A stretch of 64,000 bases of DNA from Minisyncoccota bacterium (GTDB lineage: Bacteria > Patescibacteriota > Minisyncoccia > UBA6257 > GWB1-50-10), in assembly GCA_020059915.1 (NCBI GenBank), contig JAGVBB010000004.1, positions 2,910 to 66,909 of the forward strand, in the 5' to 3' direction. The notes beneath the pieces are model-generated. The model was not told where the DNA came from, did not search any database, and worked only from the letters and a program-made list of their open reading frames with translations. Below, one piece after another: positions 9,327 through 19,459 of the stretch. Numbering within the stretch: position 1 is the stretch's first letter; each line of letters begins with the position of its first letter. Both the position numbers and the translations under genes were made by a program.

Positions 9327-10598
9327 TTAGAAGTTGTTATCGTATTCTCGAAGCGAGAGCTGAGAATCAATCTGCTTCATTGATTCAAGCGCAACAGCAA
9401 CAACGATGAGAAGCGCCGTTCCTCCAATTTGTAGAGATTGAATCCCTGTTATTATTTGTGTGATATTTGGAAGTATTGCAACAACACCAAGGAATAATGC
9501 ACCAAACAGTGTTATGCGATGGACTGTCTTGGTAATGATGTCGGTTGTTGCTTGACCAGGTCGAATACCGGGAATAAATCCCCCATTCTTCTGAAGATTT
9601 TTTGAGATTTCACTTGGATCAAATGTTACTGCAGTATAAAAATAGGTAAACATGACCACAAGAATAAAGTATAGAGAACTATATATGTAGTGATTATTGA
9701 AAAATTCTGTTACCCATGAATTTAACGAAAGTGACAATCCTGGTGAAACAATTGATAGAGATTGAGCAATAAACTGTGGGAATAAAAGAATGGATATTGC
9801 AAAGATAATTGGGATAACTCCCGCTTGGTTAACTTTTAATGGGAGGTATGTCGATGCACCACCATACAATTTCATTCCCCGCACCTGCTTTGCATACGAG
9901 ACGGGAACTTTTCGTTCGCCCTCGTTCACAAAAACCACTCCCGCAATAACAATTATTGCTAAAACAGCAAATACAATATAGGTAGTTAAGAGTGCTGGTG
10001 AATAATTCAAGAATGCAGATATTATATCCTGTGGCAAACTACTCACAATACCTGCAAAAATAAGTAATGAAAGACCGTTACCAATCTTAAATTCAGAAAT
10101 CAGTTCTCCAATCCACATAACTAAAACGCTTCCTGCAGTAATGATAATCACATTGGAAATTAAATCGAACAATGGAAGACGGGAAATAACTCCTTGAGCC
10201 ATCAAAAGATTTAAAAATCCATACCCTTGGAGCACTGCAAGCGGAACAGTAAGATATCGAGTTATGCGATTGAATTTTGCTCTTCCTGAAGCTCCCTCTT
10301 CATAATATGCCTTTTTAAGATTTGGAAATATTATGGTCAAAAGTTGCATAATGATACTTCCGGTAATATATGGACCGACTGCAAGCATCACAATGGAAAG
10401 ATTGCTGAGACCGCCACCAGAAAATACGTTTAACAATCCAAAAATTTGATTTGAATCAAAAAACTGTTGGAGTTTTGTTACATCGACTCCAGGTATTGGA
10501 ATCGCTGCAAACATCCTGTATACCACAAGCAAACCCAACACTGAGAATATCTTTCTTCGTAAATCTGGATGTTTAAAGATTGCTAAAAATTTTTTCAT
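9327..10598 (-). CDS. secY: Preprotein translocase subunit SecY
   Basis: GIGNGLSL-like motif, FIPGIRPG, GGTALLI; multiple TM segments. Confidence 0.97.
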   Translation of the reverse strand: MKKFLAIFKHPDLRRKIFSVLGLLVVYRMFAAIPIPGVDVTKLQQFFDSNQIFGLLNVFSGGGLSNLSIVMLAVGPYITGSIIMQLLTIIFPNLKKAYYEEGASGRAKFNRITRYLTVPLAVLQGYGFLNLLMAQGVISRLPLFDLISNVIIITAGSVLVMWIGELISEFKIGNGLSLLIFAGIVSSLPQDIISAFLNYSPALLTTYIVFAVLAIIVIAGVVFVNEGERKVPVSYAKQVRGMKLYGGASTYLPLKVNQAGVIPIIFAISILLFPQFIAQSLSIVSPGLSLSLNSWVTEFFNNHYIYSSLYFILVVMFTYFYTAVTFDPSEISKNLQKNGGFIPGIRPGQATTDIITKTVHRITLFGALFLGVVAILPNITQIITGIQSLQIGGTALLIVVAVALESMKQIDSQLSLREYDNNF

Positions 10599-10612
10599 CT
10601 ATTAATTAAGTA

Positions 10613-11032
10613 TTATTCCACCTTTCCCCCCGCTGCTTCAATTTTTTTTCTTGCTTCCTGAGAAATTTCTATTCCCTTTTCTATAGTAACAGGAATTTTT
10701 ATTTCACCCATTGCAAGCACCTTTACGCGCACTTTTTTTGTTGCAATAAGTCCTTTCTCAATAAGTACTTTTTTTGTAAGATCCTGTATACCTAATTTTG
10801 CTATTGCTCCAACATTCAAAGCAAATGCAGGAGTTGAAAGTCGAAGGTTTTTAACACCACGTAACTTAGGAAGGCGCATATACAAATCACGCTCCGCAGG
10901 ACGATATTTTCTCCCTGCTCGAGCTCCTTGTCCTTTTTCTCCCCGTCCTGAAGTTTTTCCGCGTGTTCCACCACGTCCAACACGCTTCTTTAGTGATGGT
11001 TGTGTCTTTGGTTTTAATTCGTGAAATTGCAT
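10613..11032 (-). CDS. rplO: 50S ribosomal protein L15
   Basis: KRVGRGG..GKTSGRGEKGQ; position in the spc cluster. Confidence 0.95.
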   Translation of the reverse strand: MQFHELKPKTQPSLKKRVGRGGTRGKTSGRGEKGQGARAGRKYRPAERDLYMRLPKLRGVKNLRLSTPAFALNVGAIAKLGIQDLTKKVLIEKGLIATKKVRVKVLAMGEIKIPVTIEKGIEISQEARKKIEAAGGKVE

Positions 11033-11033
11033 A

Positions 11034-11654
11034 TTATTTTTTGTACACGTGAATGCTCTTTAATGCCACAATACCAGCGCGTGCATTCGCGATTTTATTT
11101 TTTGTGCGACCTACGATTTTTGCCGAAACATCTCTAATACCAACAAGCTCAAGAATGGTACGAAGTGATCCACCTGCAATAAGTCCATGTCCTTTTGCTG
11201 CTGGTTTAATACGAACTTTTGCTGCTCCATATTTTGCCTCCAACATATAAGGAACTGTACGATTTTCTAAAAGTTCAACCTTAATGACATCTCGCTCTGC
11301 ATTTCTCTGTGCTTTCATAACTGCAGAAGCAAAATCCAATCCCTTTGCAACACCAAGGCCTACACGTCCACGAAAATCTCCAACAGCGACTGTTGCACGA
11401 AAACTGAAACGCTTTCCTCCTGCAACAACACGAGTTACGCGACGGACCTCAACAACTCTCTCTTTATATTCACTCTTCTTTACTAATGGACGTCTAAAAT
11501 TGCCACCACGACCTCCTCCCCCTCCTGGACCACGAGAAAATCCACCTCCAGGTCGTTGTCCGCCCGGGCGTGCTCCTCGAGGACTAAATCCTCCTCCAAC
11601 TTTTGGTGCCTGCCTACCAACAGCAGGTATGGCTTGTGTCTGTTTTGTTTCCAT
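11034..11654 (-). CDS. rpsE: 30S ribosomal protein S5 with Gly/Arg-rich N-terminal extension
   Basis: RRVTRVVAGGKRFSF, IKPAAKGHGLIAGG. Confidence 0.95.
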   Translation of the reverse strand: METKQTQAIPAVGRQAPKVGGGFSPRGARPGGQRPGGGFSRGPGGGGGRGGNFRRPLVKKSEYKERVVEVRRVTRVVAGGKRFSFRATVAVGDFRGRVGLGVAKGLDFASAVMKAQRNAERDVIKVELLENRTVPYMLEAKYGAAKVRIKPAAKGHGLIAGGSLRTILELVGIRDVSAKIVGRTKNKIANARAGIVALKSIHVYKK

Positions 11655-11659
11655 AATAA

Positions 11660-12010
11660 TTACATTTCAATACCTCCTTCGCGCACTGCTTCCGCAATCG
11701 CTTTCACTCGACCATGATACCGATACCCACCCCTATCAAATACCGCTCCTGTTATACCCTTTTCTTTTGCACGTGTTGCAATTGTTTTTCCAACAAGTGT
11801 TGCTGCCTCCATTGATTTTCCATTTTTCAACTCACGTGAGTTCGCTGATACAAGAGTTGTTCCACTAACATCGTCAATAAGCTGCGCATAAATATACGAA
11901 TTGCTTCGAAATACCGAGAGACGCGGACGATTTGCCTCGCCACGTACTTTTGCGCGCACACGATGTGCTCGACGTTCTTTTTGTATCTGCATTCTTTTTG
12001 CTACGTTCAT
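11660..12010 (-). CDS. rplR: 50S ribosomal protein L18
   Basis: [23 protein letters not shown]. Confidence 0.96.
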   Translation of the reverse strand: MNVAKRMQIQKERRAHRVRAKVRGEANRPRLSVFRSNSYIYAQLIDDVSGTTLVSANSRELKNGKSMEAATLVGKTIATRAKEKGITGAVFDRGGYRYHGRVKAIAEAVREGGIEM

Positions 12011-12022
12011 ATATAGTGCTTA

Positions 12023-12568
12023 TTATTTTCCTGATGCAGCCTTCTTTCCTGCTTTCCTCTTCACGACCTCTGTTGAATAATGGAATCCTTTTCCTTTGTA
12101 TGGTTCTGGTTTCTTCATTCCACGAATCTCTGCGGCAACCTGTCCCACTACAATTTTGTCAAATCCCTTTATTTTTAAAATAGTATTTTTTTCCACCTCA
12201 AAAACAATGTTTTCTGGTGCTTTATATTTTACTGGATGAGAAAATCCCAAACTTAATGTAAGATCATTTCCATCTTTTGCCATCTTAAACCCAACTCCTT
12301 CAAGAATAAGCGTTTTTTCATATCCCTTAGTGAGTCCTTCAACTGCGTTTTGTGTAATTGCACGAATGGTTCCCCAATTACTTCTTGCCTGTTTTGATTT
12401 TCCCAACAGGGTAAATATTGCCTCATTTCCTTCAATAGAAAATGCTACGCCATCAAGGAGCTTTGTGGAGAGAGACTGTTTTCCGTTTGACACGATAATA
12501 GCCCCATCGTTCTGCGTGATAGTTATTCCCTGAGGAATTTCTATAGGTTTTTTTCCAATTTTTGACAT
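12023..12568 (-). CDS. rplF: 50S ribosomal protein L6
   Basis: MSKIGKKPI start at 12568; LGFSHP, PEPYKGKG. Confidence 0.96.
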   Translation of the reverse strand: MSKIGKKPIEIPQGITITQNDGAIIVSNGKQSLSTKLLDGVAFSIEGNEAIFTLLGKSKQARSNWGTIRAITQNAVEGLTKGYEKTLILEGVGFKMAKDGNDLTLSLGFSHPVKYKAPENIVFEVEKNTILKIKGFDKIVVGQVAAEIRGMKKPEPYKGKGFHYSTEVVKRKAGKKAASGK

Positions 12569-12569
12569 A

Positions 12570-12941
12570 TTACCAAATTTCAAACAACATTTCTCCTCCG
12601 ACCTTTTCCTTTTTTGCATCTTCCCCAGTCATAATTCCTTTTGATGTCGAGACAACAAGAAGTCCATGTCCGCTTTTTACACGTGGAAAATCACGGTATG
12701 AAGCATACCGGTGTATTGATGGCTTGCTGAGAAGCTTAATTCCACGAATAAGACGATCTGGATTCATATCAATCTCCATTATTTTTTTATATGACTTTCC
12801 TTTTACCTCAACACTCTTGATAAATCCAAAACGATTTAAAACTTCGGCAACCGCGTAATCCATTTTTGTATGACGCGTTTTTATAGAAAATTTTTCAACC
12901 GCCTCCGCATTTTTCAATTTTATTAATAAATCAATATACAT
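12570..12941 (-). CDS. rpsH: 30S ribosomal protein S8
   Basis: SKPS, STSKGIMT, VGGE; start ATG 12941. Confidence 0.94.
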   Translation of the reverse strand: MYIDLLIKLKNAEAVEKFSIKTRHTKMDYAVAEVLNRFGFIKSVEVKGKSYKKIMEIDMNPDRLIRGIKLLSKPSIHRYASYRDFPRVKSGHGLLVVSTSKGIMTGEDAKKEKVGGEMLFEIW

Positions 12942-12951
12942 ATTCAAATTC

Positions 12952-13137
12952 TTACCACGATGATTTCCTGACTCCTGGTATCTCGCCCTTTTGCGCAAGC
13001 TCTCTAAAGCAGATTCTACAAAGATTAAAATCTCTCATAAATCCTCGCTTTCTCCCACAGCGGAAACAACGTCGCACCTGACGGGTTGAGTACTTCGGCT
13101 TCTTTTTTGATCGAGCAATTACTGATGTTTTTGCCAT
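12952..13137 (-). CDS. rpsN: 30S ribosomal protein S14 type Z
   Basis: RCFRCGR...LCRICFRE zinc motif. Confidence 0.96.
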   Translation of the reverse strand: MAKTSVIARSKKKPKYSTRQVRRCFRCGRKRGFMRDFNLCRICFRELAQKGEIPGVRKSSW

Positions 13138-13148
13138 AATTTCAATTA

Positions 13149-13664
13149 TTATTCTTTTTCAGAACGCCGTAATGGCACTCCAAGCGACCGGTATAATTCT
13201 ATTGCAGCTTCACGCTCCATTGATTTCTTTGGTACAACTGTTGTCTGAACTCCAAATGGATAAAATGATTTTTCTGCAACAATTTCTGGAAATACTGTTT
13301 GTTCACGCACACCCAAATTCAATATTCCGTGTCCATCAACATTTGATAGTGGAAGTCCACGAAAGTCTCTCACACGAGGAAGCGCTATGGTAACCAAACG
13401 AGTAAAATAATCCATCATTCGCTTTCCACGAAGTGTTATCTGGAGTCCAACAACATCTCCCTGCCTAATTTTAAAGGTGGATATTGATTGGCGCGCTTTT
13501 CGAATTGATGGTTGTTGACCAGTTATAATTTTAAGTTCCTCCTTGATTGCAGGAAGTACCTTTTCATCAAACTGTGAAATATTTCGCATCTTCCCAACAC
13601 CGACATTTACTACGATTTTCGAAAATAATGGTATCTCTTTTTTTGTATGTTTTTTTGTAGTCAT
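13149..13664 (-). CDS. rplE: 50S ribosomal protein L5 (short N-terminus)
   Basis: [24 protein letters not shown]; start ATG 13664 just after the rplX stop. Confidence 0.94.
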   Translation of the reverse strand: MTTKKHTKKEIPLFSKIVVNVGVGKMRNISQFDEKVLPAIKEELKIITGQQPSIRKARQSISTFKIRQGDVVGLQITLRGKRMMDYFTRLVTIALPRVRDFRGLPLSNVDGHGILNLGVREQTVFPEIVAEKSFYPFGVQTTVVPKKSMEREAAIELYRSLGVPLRRSEKE

Positions 13665-13674
13665 GGTTTCCTTT

Positions 13675-13980
13675 TTAAAGTGCCGCCTCACATTTTGCGC
13701 ATGCGCGGACCTTTGACTTTCCATCTGCACGATATTGTATTCGTGCGGTTTTTTTACAATTTCCACAAACGATCGCTACATTTGATATATCAATCGGTCG
13801 AGGAATTAAAATCACTTCTCCTTTTTCTCCCTGATTCTTTGGACGCATGTGTTTTTTTGCCATATTACATCCTTCAACAGTAACTTTTGATGTTTTTGTA
13901 TCAACATGCAAAACTTTACCCGTCTTATTGCGGTCTTTTCCTGCAAGAATTTTTATTGTATCTCCTTTTTTTATATGCAT
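13675..13980 (-). CDS. rplX: 50S ribosomal protein L24
   Basis: IKKGDTIKILAGKD KOW motif. Confidence 0.95.
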   Translation of the reverse strand: MHIKKGDTIKILAGKDRNKTGKVLHVDTKTSKVTVEGCNMAKKHMRPKNQGEKGEVILIPRPIDISNVAIVCGNCKKTARIQYRADGKSKVRACAKCEAAL

Positions 13981-13985
13981 ATGTA

Positions 13986-14351
13986 TTACACTAAATCTTC
14001 TGCAAGCGACGCAATGGTGTCATATCCTCGCTCCTTTATTTCCCTAGGAATCGGACCGAAAATGCGAGTTCCTTTTGGTTGTCCTTTGTCTAAAATTACT
14101 ACCGCATTATCATCAAAACGAATGTATGAACCATCATTTCGACGAATCGGGGCATGTTGACGCACTACTACAGCACGAACTATATCCTTCTTCTTAACTG
14201 CTTTTCTTGGTTCTGCTGTCTGCACTGAGGCAACAATTAAATCTCCTACACGCGCATAGCGCCTTCGACTTCCTCCAAGTACACGGAAACAGCGCACGGT
14301 CTTTGCTCCACTGTTATCTGCAACTCTTAATATTGATCGTTCTTGTATCAT
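13986..14351 (-). CDS. rplN: 50S ribosomal protein L14
   Basis: [15 protein letters not shown]. Confidence 0.97.
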   Translation of the reverse strand: MIQERSILRVADNSGAKTVRCFRVLGGSRRRYARVGDLIVASVQTAEPRKAVKKKDIVRAVVVRQHAPIRRNDGSYIRFDDNAVVILDKGQPKGTRIFGPIPREIKERGYDTIASLAEDLV

Positions 14352-14366
14352 AAATCTTGTACTTGT

Positions 14367-14594
14367 CTAAATCTTTCCGACAATAATCCATCGCTTATCC
14401 TTTGAGATGGGTCTCGACTCTTGAATGGTTACTACATCACCACTCTTGTATTCATTATTTGCATCGTGTGCCTTGAATCTTGCTGAAACTCTAAAAAACT
14501 TTTCATATTTTTTGTGTTTCATAAGACGCGTAACTTCAACAACACGTGTCTTGTCCATCTTATCACTTACTATAGTTCCTTTTAATTTTCTCAT
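14367..14594 (-). CDS. rpsQ: 30S ribosomal protein S17
   Basis: [22 protein letters not shown]. Confidence 0.96.
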   Translation of the reverse strand: MRKLKGTIVSDKMDKTRVVEVTRLMKHKKYEKFFRVSARFKAHDANNEYKSGDVVTIQESRPISKDKRWIIVGKI

Positions 14595-14595
14595 A

Positions 14596-14814
14596 TTACT
14601 CTGTTATGGTTGATTCTTTTCTTGACCTTTCATTCAAAATAGTGAGCATCTGTGCAATCTGTTTTTTTATTTCACGAATTTCCTTTACGGTATTACTCTT
14701 TCCAGCAGCAAGATCAAATTTCATTCCTCCTAATTTTGCGCGAAGTACACCGAGTTCTTTTGTTAATTCGGCTGAATTCTTGTTTTTATGTTCTTGTAAT
14801 TTTGTTTTCTTCAT
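14596..14814 (-). CDS. rpmC: 50S ribosomal protein L29
   Basis: [17 protein letters not shown]; S10-cluster position. Confidence 0.9.
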   Translation of the reverse strand: MKKTKLQEHKNKNSAELTKELGVLRAKLGGMKFDLAAGKSNTVKEIREIKKQIAQMLTILNERSRKESTITE

Positions 14815-14860
14815 ACAAATGTTATCCTTTTTCGGAACCTTTTGTGTGCCTGTTTAGGCC

Positions 14861-15280
14861 CTATTTAGTTTCTCGATTTATAATCTTCGTTTTTATTGGC
14901 ATCTTATGTCCTGCCATAGTGAGAGCTCGACGAGCAATCGCATCCTTTACTCCATCAATTTCGTATAGAATTCTTCCAGGACGGACAGGAAATACATAAT
15001 GATCAACTTCTCCTTTTCCTCCTCCCAATGTTACTTCTGGTGGAAGTTTTGTGATTGGTTTGTCTGGAAAAATACGAATCCACATTCTTCCTTCTCTATT
15101 CATTGAATGAGCAATAGCTTTTCTTCCCGCTTCAATCTGCTGGGCAGTAACCCATGCCGCTTCTGTTGCTTGCAATCCATAGGTTCCATATGAAAGTGTT
15201 ATTCCTCGTGTTTCAATCATACGCTTTTTTGAGCGTCCTTTCTGAACTTTTCGATGTTTTTGTTTCTTTGGTTGCAACAT
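14861..15280 (-). CDS. rplP: 50S ribosomal protein L16
   Basis: MLQPKKQKHRK, WIRIFPDKP, GGGKG. Confidence 0.96.
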   Translation of the reverse strand: MLQPKKQKHRKVQKGRSKKRMIETRGITLSYGTYGLQATEAAWVTAQQIEAGRKAIAHSMNREGRMWIRIFPDKPITKLPPEVTLGGGKGEVDHYVFPVRPGRILYEIDGVKDAIARRALTMAGHKMPIKTKIINRETK

Positions 15281-15282
15281 AA

Positions 15283-15966
15283 TTATTTCTTATTCTTCGC
15301 TTTTGTATCAAAAATTTCACCTTTATACAACCACACCTTAACACCAATAGTGCCGTATGTATTGAACGAAGTTGCCTCCGCATAATCAATGTTCGCACGA
15401 AGTGTTGATAATGGCATTCTTCCTTTTGCTAACCATTCTGTTCGAGAAATTTCTGCACCATTCAAACGGCCAGAAAGCTTTATTTTTACCCCCTTGATAT
15501 CACGATTCTGCATAGCGTTTTCAATTGCTCGCTTCATAAGCTTTCGGTATGGTTGTCTTCGTTCCAAATCAGTTGCAATCTGCTGGCCCATTACTGCTGC
15601 TGCAATTTCTGTACGCTTTAACTCTTCGACATTCACATTAAACGCAAAATTTGTTGGAATATTATTCTTTACTCGAAGCTTCTTTAAATTACGAAGCAAC
15701 TTTTCTTTCATTTCTTCAATTCCCTTTCCACCACGTCCGATAATAAGTCCGGGTCGTGCTGCCTGAATAGAAACACGAATAGTTTCACTTGCGCGTTCAA
15801 TATCAATTGAAACAATTCCTGCATCCTTTAGTCGTTCTCGGATAAATTCTCGAATCATAAGATCTTCCTCAAGAAAGAATCTCGTATTTCGGTTCAAAAA
15901 CCAGCGGCTTGACCAAGTCGTTGTAATTCCTAGACGGATTGCATTTGGTTTAACTTTTTGTGCCAT
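15283..15966 (-). CDS. rpsC: 30S ribosomal protein S3
   Basis: RPGLIIGRGG KH domain, GRLNGAEISR. Confidence 0.97.
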   Translation of the reverse strand: MAQKVKPNAIRLGITTTWSSRWFLNRNTRFFLEEDLMIREFIRERLKDAGIVSIDIERASETIRVSIQAARPGLIIGRGGKGIEEMKEKLLRNLKKLRVKNNIPTNFAFNVNVEELKRTEIAAAVMGQQIATDLERRQPYRKLMKRAIENAMQNRDIKGVKIKLSGRLNGAEISRTEWLAKGRMPLSTLRANIDYAEATSFNTYGTIGVKVWLYKGEIFDTKAKNKK

Positions 15967-15968
15967 AA

Positions 15969-16469
15969 TTATACTGATTTTCTTCTAAATGTTTTTTGTG
16001 CTACACCTTTCTTTGTTTTCGTATTTTGATCACCCTCCTCGTGAGCTCCTGCTTTTGTTGCCTTCTTTTCTTTTTTGGTAACCTTCTTTGCCTTCTTAGT
16101 GTCTTGAATGGTAAATTTCTTTTCTTTTTCTTCCTCACGAACACCCAACACAATAGTTACATGGCTCATCTTTTTTTCAATGAGTGCCATGCTCCCACGT
16201 GCGCGTGGAGTTCCCCGTTTCATTTTTGGTCCTTGATTCACATATACATCCTTAACAAATAATTTTGTTACGGGAATTTTTTTGTTGTGCTCTGCGTTTG
16301 CAATTGCACTACGAAGTAATCGAAGTAAATAATCGCGTGATCGAAGAGGAGACAATAACAATTGCGCCTCTGCTTCATTTGCAGAAAGTCCTTTTATGAT
16401 ATTCACCGCAAGCCGCGATTTACGCGGAGCGATTCTCAAATATCGAAGTGTAGCTTGTATTGTTTCCAT
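15969..16469 (-). CDS. rplV: 50S ribosomal protein L22 with basic C-terminal extension
   Basis: RIAPRKSR, SAIANAEHN, PRARG. Confidence 0.95.
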   Translation of the reverse strand: METIQATLRYLRIAPRKSRLAVNIIKGLSANEAEAQLLLSPLRSRDYLLRLLRSAIANAEHNKKIPVTKLFVKDVYVNQGPKMKRGTPRARGSMALIEKKMSHVTIVLGVREEEKEKKFTIQDTKKAKKVTKKEKKATKAGAHEEGDQNTKTKKGVAQKTFRRKSV

Positions 16470-16485
16470 ATAATAGTTTCAGAAA

Positions 16486-16776
16486 TTATTTTGCAGGTTT
16501 CTTTTCGAGTTCTCGTTGCATCTTTCCTCCATGTTTTGCAAATTTTCGAGTTGGAGAAAATTCTCCCAAACGATGTCCTACCATATCTTCAGTAACAGTG
16601 GTTTCAATGAAATCTTTTCCATTGTGAACACCAAACACAAATCCAACCATTTCTGGTGAAATTTCAGAATCTCGCGACCAGGTCTTAACGACAGTTCTGT
16701 CTCCCTGTGTGAGTTTTGATATTTTCTTTAATAATTTTGGGTCTACCCAAGGACCTTTTTGTGTTGATCGGCTCAT
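16486..16776 (-). CDS. rpsS: 30S ribosomal protein S19
   Basis: KTWSR, VHNGK, GHRLGEFSPTR. Confidence 0.97.
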   Translation of the reverse strand: MSRSTQKGPWVDPKLLKKISKLTQGDRTVVKTWSRDSEISPEMVGFVFGVHNGKDFIETTVTEDMVGHRLGEFSPTRKFAKHGGKMQRELEKKPAK

Positions 16777-16836
16777 AATTTAAATCTGTAAAAAGCGCTG
16801 ATAAGTATACATGTATATAGGCGTATCGGCAATACT

Positions 16837-17664
16837 CTATTTTTTGACACGTCGGCGCACGATAAGTTTGTTCGACCACTTCTTTTTATTTCTTGTTTTC
16901 TTTCCTCCGGTTGTCTTTCCCCATTTTGTCTTTGGTCTCTTCGTTCCACGTGGCTGACTTCCCTCTCCTCCTCCATACGGATGGTCGCGTGGGTTCATGG
17001 CCTTTCCACGAACTGTTGGACGGATACCCAACCATCGTGATCGCCCTGCTTTTCCACTCTTTACTAACGTATGCTCTCCATTTGAAACAACACCAATCGT
17101 TGCATAACAATCCCAAAGCACCTTACGAATTTCTCCTGACGGCATTTTGAGTTGTGTATATCCATTCTCGTTTGCAAGAATCTGCACACTATTTCCCGCA
17201 GAACGTGCAATCTGTCCTCCCTTTCCTGGAGTAATTTCTATATTGTGAACAAATGTTCCAACAGGAACACGTTTAAGAGATGTTCTATTTCCTGGAGCAA
17301 TAAGTGCATCATCACCAGAAATAATTGTATCTCCAACCTTCAATCCGTTTGGAGCAAGTACATATCTTCGGTCTCCATCCTTGTATGAAACACGTGCGAT
17401 AAACGCAGTACGATATGGATCATATTCAATTGTTTCAATCTTTCCTGGAACTCCTTTTTTAATTTGCTTAAAATCAACCTCACGATAAAGAATTTTATTC
17501 CCTCCACCCTGATGGCGCATGGTGATACGGCCCTGCGAGTTTCTCCCCGCATGGCTCTTCAACCGCTTCATCGCCTTTTTCATTGGGCGTTCTTTTGACA
17601 CCTGTGAGTAGTCAACTACTGACATATGTCTTCGTGATTGCGTTGTTGGTTTATACTGCTTCAT
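16837..17664 (-). CDS. rplB: 50S ribosomal protein L2
   Basis: GRNSQGRIT, IEYDPYR, MNPRDHPYGGGEG. Confidence 0.98.
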   Translation of the reverse strand: MKQYKPTTQSRRHMSVVDYSQVSKERPMKKAMKRLKSHAGRNSQGRITMRHQGGGNKILYREVDFKQIKKGVPGKIETIEYDPYRTAFIARVSYKDGDRRYVLAPNGLKVGDTIISGDDALIAPGNRTSLKRVPVGTFVHNIEITPGKGGQIARSAGNSVQILANENGYTQLKMPSGEIRKVLWDCYATIGVVSNGEHTLVKSGKAGRSRWLGIRPTVRGKAMNPRDHPYGGGEGSQPRGTKRPKTKWGKTTGGKKTRNKKKWSNKLIVRRRVKK

Positions 17665-17669
17665 ACTCG

Positions 17670-18029
17670 TTATACAATTTCAATTTTGTCACCTTGTTTA
17701 AGGGTAACCATTGCCTTCTTTGCAACCTTTGCTTTTGTTGGTCGTCCACGATAATGCTTCACTTTTCCATGATCAGTTATCATATTCACCCCAACAACTG
17801 TCACATTATAACGTCGGGAAACCTCCTCTTTTACCAGTGTTTTATTTGCATCTTTCGAAACATAAAATACATATGTATTCAAACTATGAAGTCCATATGC
17901 CTTCTCACTTGCATGTGGGCGAGACAAGACTGAACGAACTGCATGTCCTCCTACTGGTCCAGTTGCTTCCTTTTTAATCGTTGCTGTTTGAACTGCTTCT
18001 TCTTTAGTTCTTTTATTAAAAATTGCCAT
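17670..18029 (-). CDS. rplW: 50S ribosomal protein L23
   Basis: SEKA..., KKAMVTL; between rplD and rplB. Confidence 0.92.
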   Translation of the reverse strand: MAIFNKRTKEEAVQTATIKKEATGPVGGHAVRSVLSRPHASEKAYGLHSLNTYVFYVSKDANKTLVKEEVSRRYNVTVVGVNMITDHGKVKHYRGRPTKAKVAKKAMVTLKQGDKIEIV

Positions 18030-18031
18030 AA

Positions 18032-18646
18032 TTATTTAACTGTTTCTATTGCTGATTTTTCAAACATAACGACCTTGTGTTGCATCACATCAAACACATT
18101 GAGTTCTGAAACTCTCATAATGTCTGTTTTTGGAATATTGCGTGCTGCCTGAAATACCGTCTTATTTTCTTTTCCGGTAACAATAAGAACACTTGGCTTT
18201 CTCGTGAAAAATTTCTTAAACATAGTGCTCACTGATTTTGTTTTCTTATCTTCAAATGAAAGCGAATCAACAACAAGGATTTCACCATCAACAACTTTCT
18301 TTGAAAGTGCTGAAAGAAGTGCTCCATGCTTCATCTTCTTATTTATTTTCTTATCAAAATTTTTCTCGTTTGAACGAGGACCGTGGGTAATACCACCACC
18401 AGACCAAAGCGGAGATCGCGATGAACCGTGACGTGATCGTCCCGTGTGTTTCTGCGCGTGTGGTTTCTTTCCACCACCACGAACCTCACTTCTATCCTTT
18501 ACGTGGGCGAGAGGTGCACGTTTGTTTGAAATATAAGAAACCACAACCTGATGGACAAGATCTGGATTCCATTTCTTCTCAAATGCTTTGGAAAGAGTTA
18601 GCTCGCTAACCTTTTCGTGTGATTGATTAAATACATCGATATTCAT
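18032..18646 (-). CDS. rplD: 50S ribosomal protein L4
   Basis: RSEVRGGGKKPHAQKHTGRSRHGS. Confidence 0.96.
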   Translation of the reverse strand: MNIDVFNQSHEKVSELTLSKAFEKKWNPDLVHQVVVSYISNKRAPLAHVKDRSEVRGGGKKPHAQKHTGRSRHGSSRSPLWSGGGITHGPRSNEKNFDKKINKKMKHGALLSALSKKVVDGEILVVDSLSFEDKKTKSVSTMFKKFFTRKPSVLIVTGKENKTVFQAARNIPKTDIMRVSELNVFDVMQHKVVMFEKSAIETVK

Positions 18647-18651
18647 AGTGG

Positions 18652-19098
18652 TTATTTCTGTATTTCAACTTCTTTACCTTTATGACCAGGAACAGCGCCA
18701 CGAACCATAACTGTTTTTTCTTCTGGCATTATTTTTGTAACTACAAGATTACGAACAGTAACTCGTACGTTTCCGGTGTGTCCTGCCATTTTTCTTCCTG
18801 GAAGCACACGCTGTGGTGCTGTTGGACCCAACGAACCAGGGGCTCGAAGGCGATCCTTCTGTCCATGTGTTTTTGGTCCTCCATGGAATCCATGGCGTTT
18901 TACCACACCCTGAAAACCTTTTCCGCGACTGGTACCTGATACAGATACGAGATCTCCTTCTTTTATTTCAGAAAGAAACGAATCAACACTCTCTCCCAAA
19001 AGGAGGAGTGGCGTAACAGGAACAACGACCCCGTTTTCCTTCCATACCTGCGTCATCTTTAATTTTTGCGCTTTGATATTCATATATACCTGTTTCAT
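18652..19098 (-). CDS. rplC: 50S ribosomal protein L3, internally shortened (148 aa; alternative start 19083)
   Basis: [34 protein letters not shown]. Confidence 0.93.
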   Translation of the reverse strand: MKQVYMNIKAQKLKMTQVWKENGVVVPVTPLLLLGESVDSFLSEIKEGDLVSVSGTSRGKGFQGVVKRHGFHGGPKTHGQKDRLRAPGSLGPTAPQRVLPGRKMAGHTGNVRVTVRNLVVTKIMPEEKTVMVRGAVPGHKGKEVEIQK

Positions 19099-19189
19099 AT
19101 GAAAACAACAGTAAGAAACTGTTGTGTTGCATAAGTTTCATTAGGTTCAAAACCAGTATCAATAATATCCGAAGTAGGAATAAGTGTCA

Positions 19190-19307
19190 ATCCCGTTAGA
19201 AGTAGATCTCAATCATTGTGTTCTAAAATGAGATACTTTATTTATTATTAAAAAATCCAAATTTAGTATTAATCTTGAAAATAAACGATCGCAACTTCTA
19301 ATGGGAT
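19190..19307. mobile_element. MITE-like element with 14-bp terminal inverted repeats
   Basis: ATCCCGTTAGAAGT (19190-19203) / ACTTCTAATGGGAT (19294-19307), one mismatch; AT-rich non-coding interior. Confidence 0.55.
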
Positions 19308-19322
19308 CAGGGTTTGCTTCAC

Positions 19323-19376
19323 AAATATATCTTATAAGCAGACTTTAGAGATTTAGTCTGCTTATAAGATATATTT
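19323..19376. repeat. Perfect 22-bp inverted repeat with a 10-nt loop
   Basis: AAATATATCTTATAAGCAGACT-ttagagattt-AGTCTGCTTATAAGATATATTT. Confidence 0.85.
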
Positions 19377-19459
19377 ATTCATTTTTAGAGGTAGAGAAAA
19401 CATATTATCTACTCACCTTTAATGTTGAAAAATAAAAAATGACCCCGAAGGGTCAAAAA

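Noticed and set aside
11025-11040. Missing rpmD (L30) as a novelty
   Set aside because: Loss of L30 is an established CPR trait; used only as a taxonomic clue
11284-11868. Long antisense ORFs (for example 11284-11868, 32531-33223, 44891-45469, 53554-54072)
   Set aside because: Shadows of well-supported genes on the opposite strand, with no motifs or expression signals
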